Under the pieces are notes generated by a model that saw nothing but the letters and a program-made list of their open reading frames with translations, had not been told where the DNA came from and made no database searches. Below, in pieces: positions 1-10,447 of a DNA stretch of 64,000 nucleotides. The DNA is from Planctomycetota bacterium. Its GTDB lineage: Bacteria; Planctomycetota; UBA1135; UBA2386. Both the position numbers and the translations under genes were made by a program. The stretch covers positions 352,001 to 416,000 of the forward strand of contig JBKAGP010000001.1 of assembly GCA_046290465.1 (NCBI GenBank), in the 5' to 3' direction. The first letter of the stretch is position 1; the number at the start of each line of letters is the position of its first letter.

Positions 1-693
1 CATCGCGATGCGCACCATCTTGGCATCGGTGCCCTCGAACGCCTTGGCCCAGGCCGGCGCCGGCTCGGTGCGCTGCACCTTGGCGTCCTCCCCGCGCAGG
101 TTCTCGGGCAGCGGGTCGAGCAGCAGCGACGCGATCCGCACGTCGTGATCGCGCACCTTCTTGTCGCGGAACGGCGTCGCCGGCCAGCTCGGGTCGTCGC
201 TGGTCAGGTTGGTCGCGATCGCCGGGCCGCCGAGCAGGAAGCCCGCGTATTCCTCGAGCGGCAGCGACAGATCGTTGGCGCCGACCCCGAGCGCGTCGTA
301 GGTGTGCTCCATCGCGAACAGCACCTGCGACGCGGTCAGCAGCTTGAGCTTGTCGAGTTCGGACTTGCCCGCGACCAGGTCGCCGCCCTCGATCAGCAGG
401 TCGTAGTTGCGCTGCTCGCCGATGTGCTGCACCCGGCGCGCGAGGCCGCCGAGCTGGCCGCTGGCGCAGCCGCACGGCTCCAGGCGACCGAGCATCGAAC
501 CGCTGATCAGGATGCGCAGCGCGTCGGGTGGTGGCAGCACCGGGTCCTGCGGATCCTGCGACGTCGTCTTGTTGCGGTCGTTGCTGCCGAGGCGTTCGCG
601 ACCGGGGTCCTCGCCGCATTGGGCGAACGTCGCCACGACGGTGGCCAGACCGAGGGCGAGGCACAGGCCGCGCAGGAGGAGGGAGTTGCTCAT
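1..693 (-). CDS. Secreted UshA/5'-nucleotidase-like metallophosphoesterase-fold protein with CxC motif; partial, runs off the window
   Basis: Not in the ORF track; translated by hand from ATG 693: MSNSLLLRGLCLALGLATVVATFAQC...LRILISGSMLGRLEPCGCASGQLGGLARR...LLIEGGDLV...YDALGVGANDL. ATGA overlap with the upstream gene's stop at 690-692. Confidence 0.75.
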   Translation of the reverse strand, partial: MSNSLLLRGLCLALGLATVVATFAQCGEDPGRERLGSNDRNKTTSQDPQDPVLPPPDALRILISGSMLGRLEPCGCASGQLGGLARRVQHIGEQRNYDLLIEGGDLVAGKSELDKLKLLTASQVLFAMEHTYDALGVGANDLSLPLEEYAGFLLGGPAIATNLTSDDPSWPATPFRDKKVRDHDVRIASLLLDPLPENLRGEDAKVQRTEPAPAWAKAFEGTDAKMVRIAM

Positions 694-1886
694 GGATGCT
701 TCGTGGGGAAGACGACGAGGTCGATCGGCAGGCGCGGCGCGCCGACGACGGTGGTCTCGCCGGGCTTGCCCAGCACGATCTTGCCCCGGAACATCGCTTC
801 GAGTCCACCCAGATAGCGGACCTCGAGCCGCTGCTTGCGGCCGGCGGTCGGCACCGGGCTGAGCTCGACGGCGAAGTGGGACGACGCGTCGCTGCCGTCG
901 TCCGCGACGACCTCGACGACCTCGAACTCCGGAGTGCGCTGGGTCGCGTGGTCGGTCACCAGCACGAACTGGCGCAGCATCGCGCCTTCGTCCTGCGGCT
1001 GCCGCAGGTCGGTCGTGAACGTGATCTTGTTCATCGGCGTCGCCTCCAGGTCGGGCACGACCTTCCAGGTCGCGACCAGGCCGACCTGGTAGTCAGGATC
1101 CGACGTCTTCACCGCCACCGCGGTGCGATGGTTGCCCAACTGGTTGGGCACGACGCGGGCGCGCAGCTGGGTGTAGCCGTCCTTCGGCTCCAGCGTGACC
1201 TGCAGGTCGCCGTCGAGGGAGCGCGCCTCGAGGAACTGCAGGTCGCGGTGGTTCTCGTCGCCACGCAGGGTCGTCAGCAGTTCGCCGGTCGACGACTGCG
1301 CGATCGCGCCGAAGTCGAGCGCCGCGAATGGCCGCAGTTCGACCGGCGCGTCGATGCCGAACCGGATCACGAACGGCACGCGGATCCGGCCCATGCCGTT
1401 GGGATCCTCGACCTGCTGCAGCAGGATGTAGCCGCGACTGGCGGTCTTCGGCAGGTCGACCGCCTCCTTCTTGCGCGTGTCGAGTTCGATGTGCAGGAAC
1501 GCCGTCTCGCCCTGCGCCGGCAGGTTGCGCGGGAACGCGGTGCCGTCGAGGAAGCGCTCGTCGCCGGCCTCGTTGCGGTAGCGCAGGTCGGCGCGCCCGC
1601 ACGAGCACTCGAGGTGCACGCGCAGCGGCACGAACGGCTGGCCGAGCTTGGCCAGGTCGACCACCAGCTCGTGGGTGCGCTGGGCGCCGTGCGGCAGCAC
1701 GCCGAAGTCGTGTTCGAGCTTCAGCCCGAGCTTGTCGGTCTGGGGCACGAGTCCCGGTCGGGCGCCGCCGGAGGTGGGGGAGCCGGCCTGCGCTTTCGAC
1801 GCTTCGCCGTTCGTGCTCGCAGGGCTGCCGCCCTTCTCGCAGCACGTCAGCACCAGCAGGGCGAGGAGACTCAGCAGGGGTCGCAT
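690..1886 (-). CDS. Lipoprotein with DUF1573-like Ig-fold domain(s)
   Basis: Start moved to MRPLLSLLALLVLTCC (lipobox-like); HDFGVL...HLECSCG and a second LDFGAI motif. An alternative in-frame ATG lies at 2012. Confidence 0.65.
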   Translation of the reverse strand: MRPLLSLLALLVLTCCEKGGSPASTNGEASKAQAGSPTSGGARPGLVPQTDKLGLKLEHDFGVLPHGAQRTHELVVDLAKLGQPFVPLRVHLECSCGRADLRYRNEAGDERFLDGTAFPRNLPAQGETAFLHIELDTRKKEAVDLPKTASRGYILLQQVEDPNGMGRIRVPFVIRFGIDAPVELRPFAALDFGAIAQSSTGELLTTLRGDENHRDLQFLEARSLDGDLQVTLEPKDGYTQLRARVVPNQLGNHRTAVAVKTSDPDYQVGLVATWKVVPDLEATPMNKITFTTDLRQPQDEGAMLRQFVLVTDHATQRTPEFEVVEVVADDGSDASSHFAVELSPVPTAGRKQRLEVRYLGGLEAMFRGKIVLGKPGETTVVGAPRLPIDLVVFPTKHP

Positions 1887-2021
1887 ACGGACCCCATAGT
1901 AGGCCACCGGCCGCGCGCAACGCCCCATGGAGAACGGAACCTCGGCCGGTACATGCCCGCGGCCGCTGCCCAAGGTGAAGGGAGCGGCCGCGAGGGTTGC
2001 CGGAATGTCCATCCGACAGGG

Positions 2022-2037
2022 AGCAAGCGAGGTGCCA
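2022..2037 (-). promoter_or_regulatory. Sigma54 (-24/-12) promoter
   Basis: Minus strand reads TGGCACCTCGCTTGCT (GG-N10-GC); intergenic and directly downstream of a sigma54 activator gene. Confidence 0.75.
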
Positions 2038-2150
2038 GGTGCGCTCTCGGTTCGAATCGCCGATGGCATGGGAGTTGGTCGCGGCGTCGGCCGTCCGCGG
2101 CCCTGTGGCGTTGGCGCCCGCACCATGGCAGGCGCGCCATAGGCCGGGGC

Positions 2151-3526
<1,376 letters not shown>

Positions 3527-3548
<22 letters not shown>

Positions 3549-4744
3549 ACCCCCTCATCGGCCGTCGCCGGCGCCGTCGGCAAGCGGTTCGCGACCGGCA
3601 GCCACAGCAGCGCGCGCGCGCCGCCGCGGGCGCGCGGGTAGAGCCGCAGTTCGCCGCCGAGCTCGCGCGCGATCCGGCGGCAGCTGGTCAGGCCGAGGCC
3701 GGTGCCGGTGTCCTTGGTGGTGAAGAACGGCCGGAACAGGCTGCCGCGCACCTCGGGCGGCAGGCCGGCGCCACGGTCCTCGATGGTCAGCACCGCGTGT
3801 TCGCGGAAGCTGCGCACGTCGAGCTGCACCTCGCTGCCGCGCGGCGACGCCTGGATCGCGTTGAGCACCAGGTTCATCAGCGCCTGCGCCAGCAGCGTGC
3901 GGTCGGCGCGCACGGTCGCGGTCCGATGGCGGGGCAGCGAGATCACGATGCCGCGACGGCGGGCCTCGACCCGCAGCAGTTCGACGACCTCGTCGAGCGC
4001 ACGGCGCGCGTCGGTGTCCTCGGGTTCGGTGCGCTTGGGCCGCGCCAGGTCGATCAGGCTCTCGATCGTCTGGTCGGCCTTGTCGATGTTGCGGCGGATC
4101 ACGTCGGTGTGCTCGGCGACCTCCGCCGGCGTGCGCGGCTTGCGACAGAGCGACTCGGCGGTGCCCTTGACGACGGTCAGCGGGTTGCGCAGGTCGTGTG
4201 CGATCGACGCCGCCAGCTCGCCGAGCATGCCCAGGCGGTCGGCGTCGACCAGCCGCTGCTCGAGTTCGCTGCGTTCGGTCGCGGCGCGCTGCAGTTCGCC
4301 CTCCTGGCGCGCGGAGTGCTCGGCGAGCAGCTCGTGGCTGCGCACGACCTGCGGGATCCACAGCATCAGCCCGTACGAGATCAGCGTCGTGCCGAGCAGG
4401 AACCACGCGCCCCGTTCGCAGGTCGTGCGCAGGTAGACGAACGCGGCATACTCGCGTTCGAGGCTGCTGAGGTGGATCGCGCCGGCCAGCGTGTAGCCGA
4501 GCCACAACACGAAGAAGCCGCCGCAGACCAGCCGCATGGCGTTGCTGTGCAGCGCGACGCTGGCGCGGCTGGTGCGCCAGAAGAACCAGGTCAGCAGCGC
4601 GAAGTAGGCGGGCCGCGCGAACACCTCGAGCGCGGTCGGCGGGTCGGGCCACGCCAGCAGCACCGTCAGCAGCGTCAGCAGCGCGCAGCTGGTGCGCGCC
4701 CCCGGCAGGGTGTGCTTCAGGGCGCTGCGAACGGCCGGTTCCAT
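3527..4744 (-). CDS. Membrane-bound sensor histidine kinase
   Basis: About 4 N-terminal TM segments, H-box IAHDLRNPL, N-box NLVLNAIQA, DRGAG, FFTTK..GTGLGL; GAAGGGG RBS. Confidence 0.93.
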
Positions 4745-4784
4745 GCCCCTTCATCGGCACGGCAGGGGCCGGCTCCCAAGGCCG

Positions 4785-5918
4785 CTACTCGTCGTCCTCT
4801 TCGTCTTCCTCGGCGATGGCGACGTGGCCGCGGGCGCGCAGCTGCCGGGCGAACTGCTTGACGATCGGCGCCATGCGCGGACCCGGGCACTGCGTCGACT
4901 TGAAGTCGCTGTGGCAGAACAGCGCGTTGCCGCGCATCCGGTAGTGGTGCATCAGGTTGACGACCAGCCGTTCCATTGCACGGACCTGGTCGCGCGTCGG
5001 CCCCTGGCCGTCGCGCTGGCGCACGAAGTTGCCGAGCAGGCAGATGCCGATGTTGGCGATGTTGTTGCTGCCGCTGGCGTGCGCGCCCTGCCACTGCAGC
5101 TGGCGGCCCTCCCAGACCCGGCCGCTCGGGTCGATCAGGAAGTGGTAGCCGATGTCGCCGTAGCCGCGGTTGTTCATGTGCTCGCGCTGGATGCGCGCGA
5201 TCTGCGCGGCGGCCGCGCGCGGCGCGGTGCTGCGGAAGAACATCGCCGAGTGGTGGATGGTGACGCGACGCGGCCGCTGCATCGGGTCGAGGTTGCGCTG
5301 GTTCTCGCGCTGCGGCTGCCAGGCGCCGCGGCGCTGCACCGCGAGGTCGCCCCACGGCAACCCGGCCGCCTCACGCGGGGGCAGCACCGAGGGCAGCAGG
5401 CGTCGCTGCAGTTCGGGGTCCATCGCCAGCGCCTGGGCGCGCTTGCGGTCGTAGTTGCCGCGCTCGGGGTGGCCCTGGCGGCGGTAGGCCTCGGCGCGCA
5501 GGTAGCGCGCGAACGACTCGACGTGTGCCGACGGCTTGGGGTCGGTGTAGAGCACGCGCGCCGAGGTGTCGATCGACTCCTGGGCGCGGCCGAGCTGCAG
5601 TTCGAGCCAGGCACGTCGCAGCAGCGCCGGCGGCGTGTGGAAGTGGCTCAGGTACTCGAGCTCCTGCTCGGGCGGCAGCGCCGACGACGCGAACGTCACG
5701 GTGCCGGAGATGGTCGCGGGCGGCTCGAAGCGGGGCTGCGGCGGCGGGCCCGGGTTGACGCAGCCGGCCAGCAGGGTGGCCAGCGCCGCGCACAGCAGCA
5801 GCGCCGCACCCGGCCATCGCCACGATTTCGGACCCGAATCGGGACCGGAGCCGGGGCGTTGGCGGAAGGAATCGCGGTCGCCCTGAGCGGGCGTCGCGTA
5901 GGCGGGAGGCGGCCCCAC
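4785..5918 (-). CDS. Lipoprotein N-acetylmuramoyl-L-alanine amidase (PGRP/Amidase_2) with TPR-like N-terminal region
   Basis: LLAGC lipobox; ITIHHS-like TIHHS, DIGYHF, GAHA, GICLLGNF, CHSD..STQCPG. Start uncertain (GTG 5918 chosen; the ORF is open to 6092). Confidence 0.85.
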   Translation of the reverse strand: MGPPPAYATPAQGDRDSFRQRPGSGPDSGPKSWRWPGAALLLCAALATLLAGCVNPGPPPQPRFEPPATISGTVTFASSALPPEQELEYLSHFHTPPALLRRAWLELQLGRAQESIDTSARVLYTDPKPSAHVESFARYLRAEAYRRQGHPERGNYDRKRAQALAMDPELQRRLLPSVLPPREAAGLPWGDLAVQRRGAWQPQRENQRNLDPMQRPRRVTIHHSAMFFRSTAPRAAAAQIARIQREHMNNRGYGDIGYHFLIDPSGRVWEGRQLQWQGAHASGSNNIANIGICLLGNFVRQRDGQGPTRDQVRAMERLVVNLMHHYRMRGNALFCHSDFKSTQCPGPRMAPIVKQFARQLRARGHVAIAEEDEEDDE

Positions 5919-6175
5919 GGGGAGCCGCCGCCGCTCCGTCTGGAAGCGTCGGTCGTGCAATGCCAAGCCCTCCTGCGGACGATGGCACCGGAGCATCCGG
6001 ACCAGTCGCCGCCGCACGGCAGAGGGTATCGGCAGAGGCGGCGCGGCGCCACCGTTCGTTCTCCGGTGGAGGCGGACTTTCTGGCTACGCACTCCGAAAT
6101 CCGGAGTGACCCTCGGCGCCGCGATTCAGGTCCGGGGGCCGCGCGGTCGATAGCGGACCGTCAACGCAAACGCCC

Positions 6176-8203
6176 ATGTTCGCACAGGCCGCCATCAAGC
6201 TAACGGGTCCCATGGACCATCTCCGCCTCGTCTGGCAGACGGGCGAGACGCTGCTCGACTCCGTCGTGTTCGACGAGGACCCCGAAGGCACGCGCTACAA
6301 CGTGCTGCTCGCCCTCCAGGAGATGGTCACCAACGTGCTCCGGCACGGGTACCAGCTCGACGAGTCGAAGCCGATCGAAGTCGTGTTCCAGCTGACCGAG
6401 GACCAGCTGCAGATCGAACTTCGCGACCAGGGGCCGGAGTTCGACCCGCTGGCCTACGCGGACGACGACGACAGCGAGTTCGACATGGGCATGCCGAGCG
6501 AGGCGGGTGGCTACGGCATCCGCATCGCGCGCATGGTGATGGACGACGTCGAGTACCTCCGCACCGACGGCTGGAACTGCCTGCGTCTGACCAAGTGTGT
6601 GCGCGTCATCGCGAACACCAGAGGCATCCGTGTCGCTGCACCCGGACTCCAACGAACTGCTGAAGGCGATCCCCGTCGCGCTCGAGGGGTCTCCGTGCAC
6701 GTGCTCGACGAAGCCGGCGCGTGGGCCGACTCGTACGGCGAGAAGCCGACCCGCGCCGAGCAGGTGCGCGTGTCGCTGCCGATCGGCGAACTGGTCGCCG
6801 AGGTACCGGCCGAGACGCCGGTGCACGCCCTGGTCGCATCGCTGCTGCGCGCGGTCGCCGATCGCGAGCGGCTCGAGTCCGACATGGACAGCATGAACGG
6901 CTCGGCGCTGCGCCTGCTCGAGCAGGTCTCGATGATGGGCGAAGCGCTGCCCAAGCTGTCCGCCGGCGGCGACGCGACCGAGATCGCGGCACTCGGCGTG
7001 CGCGCGTGCCACCGCGCTGCCGGCGTCGAGCGCGTCGTCTACCTGGCCGGCAACCCGACCAAGGAATACTGCGAGGTCGTCGTGCACGACGCGGGCGAGC
7101 AGGCCCGCACCGACGACGTCGACCTCGACCCGGTGCAGCCGGTCGAAGGCCTGCTGCGCGAGATCCTCGCGGCCGAGACGGTCGTGCTGCGCAGCGTGCC
7201 CGACGGCGGCCACCTGGGCGAACCCGGTTCGGTCGAGCACCTCGCCAGCCGCCAGGTGCTCGGCGTGCCGGTCACCTACGGCTCCGGCGACAAGCGCGTG
7301 ATCCTCGGCGCCCTGGTGCTGATCGACCGCGCCAGCTCGTTCGGCAACGAGGCGAACGCGTTCGAGGCCGAGCTCGGCAACGAGGAAGGCCAGGTCGCGG
7401 AGTCGTTCGCGGCGATGCTGGGGGCGGTGCTCGGCGCGCGCAAGGTCGCCGAACTCGGCAAGGAGCTGAGCATGGCGCAGACCATCCAGCAGCAGATCCT
7501 GCCCGAGGGCCCGGTCGAGCTGGACGGCTTCGACGTCGCGGCCGGCTACTTCGCCTGCGGCGCGGTAGGCGGCGACTACTTCGACTACGTCCCGCTCGCC
7601 GACGGCCGCACGATGGTCGTGGTCGCCGACGTTTCGGGGCACAACCTCGCCTCGGGCATGGTGATGGTCGGCGCGCGCGCGATGCTGCGCACGCTGGCGA
7701 CCGTGCTCGACGCGCCGGAGCAGGTGTTCTCGCAGGTCGCCCAGCGCATGCACCAGGACCTGACGCGCACCGAGCGGTTCCTGACCGCGGCGGCGGTCGC
7801 GCTGCGCCCCAACGGCCGCGCGGTCGACTACGTCAGCGCCGGCCACAACGATCTGATGGTCTACCGCGCCGCGACCGACTCGGTCGAGCGCCTCGAGAGC
7901 GAGGACGTGATCCTCGGCTTCCTGCCCGATCCGGACTACCAGGTGCGCCAACTCGTGCTCGAGCCCGGCGACTGCATCCTGCTCTACACCGACGGGATTC
8001 CCGAAGCGATCGACCAGAACGAAGAGATGTTCGGAGAGGACCGCCTGTCGGCCCTGTTCGCGCAGCTCGCGCCCAACCGCACAGCGCAGCGCATCCTCGA
8101 CGGGATCGTCGCCGAACTCGACCGCTTCCGCCGCGGTCAGGTCGGCACCGACGATGTCACCGCCGTGGTGATCCGCTGCACGGACGAAGGAGCCCTGCGA
8201 TGA
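6176..8203 (+). CDS. RsbW-like anti-sigma kinase (HATPase) in frame with a GAF-like + SpoIIE/PP2C phosphatase; probably two genes joined by indels
   Basis: N-terminal ALQEMVTNVLRHG, DQGPEFDP, GGYGI; C-terminal VGGDYFD, VADVSGH, SAGH, LYTDG, DDVT. Linker 6618-6690 has off-frame codon usage. Confidence 0.85.
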   Translation: MFAQAAIKLTGPMDHLRLVWQTGETLLDSVVFDEDPEGTRYNVLLALQEMVTNVLRHGYQLDESKPIEVVFQLTEDQLQIELRDQGPEFDPLAYADDDDSEFDMGMPSEAGGYGIRIARMVMDDVEYLRTDGWNCLRLTKCVRVIANTRGIRVAAPGLQRTAEGDPRRARGVSVHVLDEAGAWADSYGEKPTRAEQVRVSLPIGELVAEVPAETPVHALVASLLRAVADRERLESDMDSMNGSALRLLEQVSMMGEALPKLSAGGDATEIAALGVRACHRAAGVERVVYLAGNPTKEYCEVVVHDAGEQARTDDVDLDPVQPVEGLLREILAAETVVLRSVPDGGHLGEPGSVEHLASRQVLGVPVTYGSGDKRVILGALVLIDRASSFGNEANAFEAELGNEEGQVAESFAAMLGAVLGARKVAELGKELSMAQTIQQQILPEGPVELDGFDVAAGYFACGAVGGDYFDYVPLADGRTMVVVADVSGHNLASGMVMVGARAMLRTLATVLDAPEQVFSQVAQRMHQDLTRTERFLTAAAVALRPNGRAVDYVSAGHNDLMVYRAATDSVERLESEDVILGFLPDPDYQVRQLVLEPGDCILLYTDGIPEAIDQNEEMFGEDRLSALFAQLAPNRTAQRILDGIVAELDRFRRGQVGTDDVTAVVIRCTDEGALR

Positions 8204-8571
8204 GTCAGCCCAAGATCCTGGTCGTCGACGACGAGCCGTTCATCTGTCGTTCGCTGACCTTCGTGCTGAAGAAGGGCAACTACGACGTGCTCGAGGCGCG
8301 CAATGGCGAAGAGGCGCTGACCGCGATCCGCGAACACAAGCCGGACCTGGTGTTCCTCGACGTGATGATGCCGAAGATCAACGGCTTCGAGGTCACCCAG
8401 GAAGTGCGCAGCGACACGTCGCTGGACGACGTCAAGATCATCCTGCTGACCGCCAAGGGGCAGGAGTGCGACCGCGAGATCGGCAAGACGGCCGGCGCGA
8501 ACGACTACATGACCAAGCCGTTCTCGCCGAGCAAGATCCTGGACCGGGCGCGGGAGATCCTGGGGAGCTGA
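8200..8571 (+). CDS. Single-domain response regulator (CheY-like)
   Basis: MSQPKILVVDDE...FLDVMMP...LLTAK...YMTKPF; AAGGAG RBS; ATGA overlap with the previous gene. Confidence 0.93.
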   Translation: MSQPKILVVDDEPFICRSLTFVLKKGNYDVLEARNGEEALTAIREHKPDLVFLDVMMPKINGFEVTQEVRSDTSLDDVKIILLTAKGQECDREIGKTAGANDYMTKPFSPSKILDRAREILGS

Positions 8572-8937
8572 CGGGGATCAGCAGGACCCGGCCATACAGC
8601 CGACTGCATTTGCAATGCAGCTTGTGTCCCTGAGGTCGGCAGGCTCGATCCGGTCAAAGGTGCTGCGGGCTGCGTGGCGCCAGGGCTTGGTGGCAGGTCC
8701 GCAGCTCGACACTCGGATCGTCGAGGCGTTCGTGCGTGACTGGGCTGAGGCCCAGCAGACCGAGGATGCTGCAGATCTGCTGGGGTCTTCCTCGCCGGGC
8801 GGTGGAAGCCGGTTTGAGCACGCTTGATCCGTGCTTGGGTCGCTCGCCGCTTCAACGGTCCTGGAGGGAGACTGCAGTCGTCAGCGTCGTGGTGGTGCCG
8901 CTGCACGCCGACTCCGCTACGTTGGAGTCGAACACGC

Positions 8938-10284
8938 ATGCTGCACTACCGAGAAGCAAGAGCGACGGAGGCTGGTTCGTTCAAGAGGCCAACGATTGGG
9001 GGCCTATGGTCACTCTGCCTGGTCCTGATCCTGGCGAGCTGCAGCAGCGGACAGCAGCTGGCGGTTTCCGTGCGGATGGGGCCGGGTAGGGCGACAGTCA
9101 GTGGTCAGGCTTCGATCGAGTGGGCACAGTCCCCGCTTGGAGACGTGATTGCCTCGGGCACGGTTGTCGTGGAGAAGGGTGTTGGCCGCGCGCCACCCCC
9201 TCCAGAGACGAACGCCTCGAGTTTGGTCTGTCGCCTGGTTGCTGGCACCTTCGACGGTCAGGCGGTGCGAACCACGTCATGGGTGAGCTTTAATCCAGCG
9301 TTCCCGCGCGTGGACTTCCATGTGGTGCGGCAAGGAGACGCCCGATCCCAGCCGGCCAAGCTGAGAGAGCAACTCCTGCTCGTCGAGTCACGGAAGCGTC
9401 GACTGACGGACGCTGAAGCGACAGCGCTGCACGCATGGTTGGCGTCCCTTGACGGCAAGCGCGCAGCCAGCATCGGCGCGGAGGCCTTGCTCGATGGTCT
9501 CGCATTGGCGGCCGTGCCGGCGGAGGGTCTCGAGGTGACCGTGGATCAGGGCGCCCTGTTCGCGTTGCTGAAACAGTGCCGGACCAAGGAGCTTGCCCCG
9601 CGGTTTGCGAGGGTCCTGGTTGCTCTGACCAACGCCAAGGGAATCGCTGTTCCCGATCCGGTCGCTGGTGTCTTCGAGCAGCTGTTCGTCCTGCGCGAAC
9701 TGGTTCCGATGTACTTGCAGGAGTGGTCGTCAGGCCGGTTTCGGACACTGGCGCAGGGCAAGCGGGTCTACTACGTGGGCGCGCCGGAGAGCGCCGTGCT
9801 CAAGGCTCTCGGTCGCGAAGGCGTGTCTCCGCTCGAGTCGGAAGCTGGATTGGCCGCCTTCCGCATGCACGGGCGTAGCTTCTCGGGGGAGGCGTTGCCG
9901 TTGTTGCTTTCGCGTTATCGTGAGTGGAAGGGGAAGGCGCAGGTGGTTGCTGAGAGCGGGGCGCCATTCGGGGGCTTGTTCGTGGTCGGTGTCGGCTTCG
10001 TGCACGGCTTCCGCTTCGAGCTTGCCCGTGCGATCGCGCACTGTCACGGTGCGACCATGAGCCCTGAGCTGGCTGCTGAGATCGAGAGCGACCTTGCGCT
10101 CGCTCGGGCCATCGGTCCTTCGCGGCAGTTGGGCGCGTTGCTGGGAGAGCGTCCGGTCGAGGAGCTGGCCCGTGCCTACCAGGAGGGAGCCTCAGGCGGC
10201 GACGCGGCTCTGGTGGAGGCTCTGATCCTTGCGGGTTGGCCGCCCATTCTGGAGAAGTTGCGGGTCGAGGCGCGTCCCAGGTAG
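8938..10284 (+). CDS. Hypothetical protein, putative lipoprotein, atypical codon usage
   Basis: Long ORF in the lower-GC segment; LCLVLILASC lipobox-like; start uncertain. Confidence 0.6.
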   Translation: MLHYREARATEAGSFKRPTIGGLWSLCLVLILASCSSGQQLAVSVRMGPGRATVSGQASIEWAQSPLGDVIASGTVVVEKGVGRAPPPPETNASSLVCRLVAGTFDGQAVRTTSWVSFNPAFPRVDFHVVRQGDARSQPAKLREQLLLVESRKRRLTDAEATALHAWLASLDGKRAASIGAEALLDGLALAAVPAEGLEVTVDQGALFALLKQCRTKELAPRFARVLVALTNAKGIAVPDPVAGVFEQLFVLRELVPMYLQEWSSGRFRTLAQGKRVYYVGAPESAVLKALGREGVSPLESEAGLAAFRMHGRSFSGEALPLLLSRYREWKGKAQVVAESGAPFGGLFVVGVGFVHGFRFELARAIAHCHGATMSPELAAEIESDLALARAIGPSRQLGALLGERPVEELARAYQEGASGGDAALVEALILAGWPPILEKLRVEARPR

Positions 10285-10447
10285 CCGCTGCTTCAGCCGT
10301 CGGCCTGCTTGTCGAGTCGTGGTAGTGGTGATGGTTGGCAGGCGTCGCGTCCGCACTACGATCCGAACGCAGTAAGGTTGGCCCGCGGAACGCGTCGTGC
10401 CTTGCAGTGGGACGGCCAGGCTGGCGGCAGCCGCGACGACAAGGACC

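Noticed and set aside
8615..8827. 70-aa ORF as a confident CDS
   Set aside because: No RBS, no motif, atypical codons; may be a remnant or non-coding.
10285..10447. Integron attC-like site between island genes
   Set aside because: Only loose end complementarity; no clear RYYYAAC/GTTRRRY boxes and no integrase.
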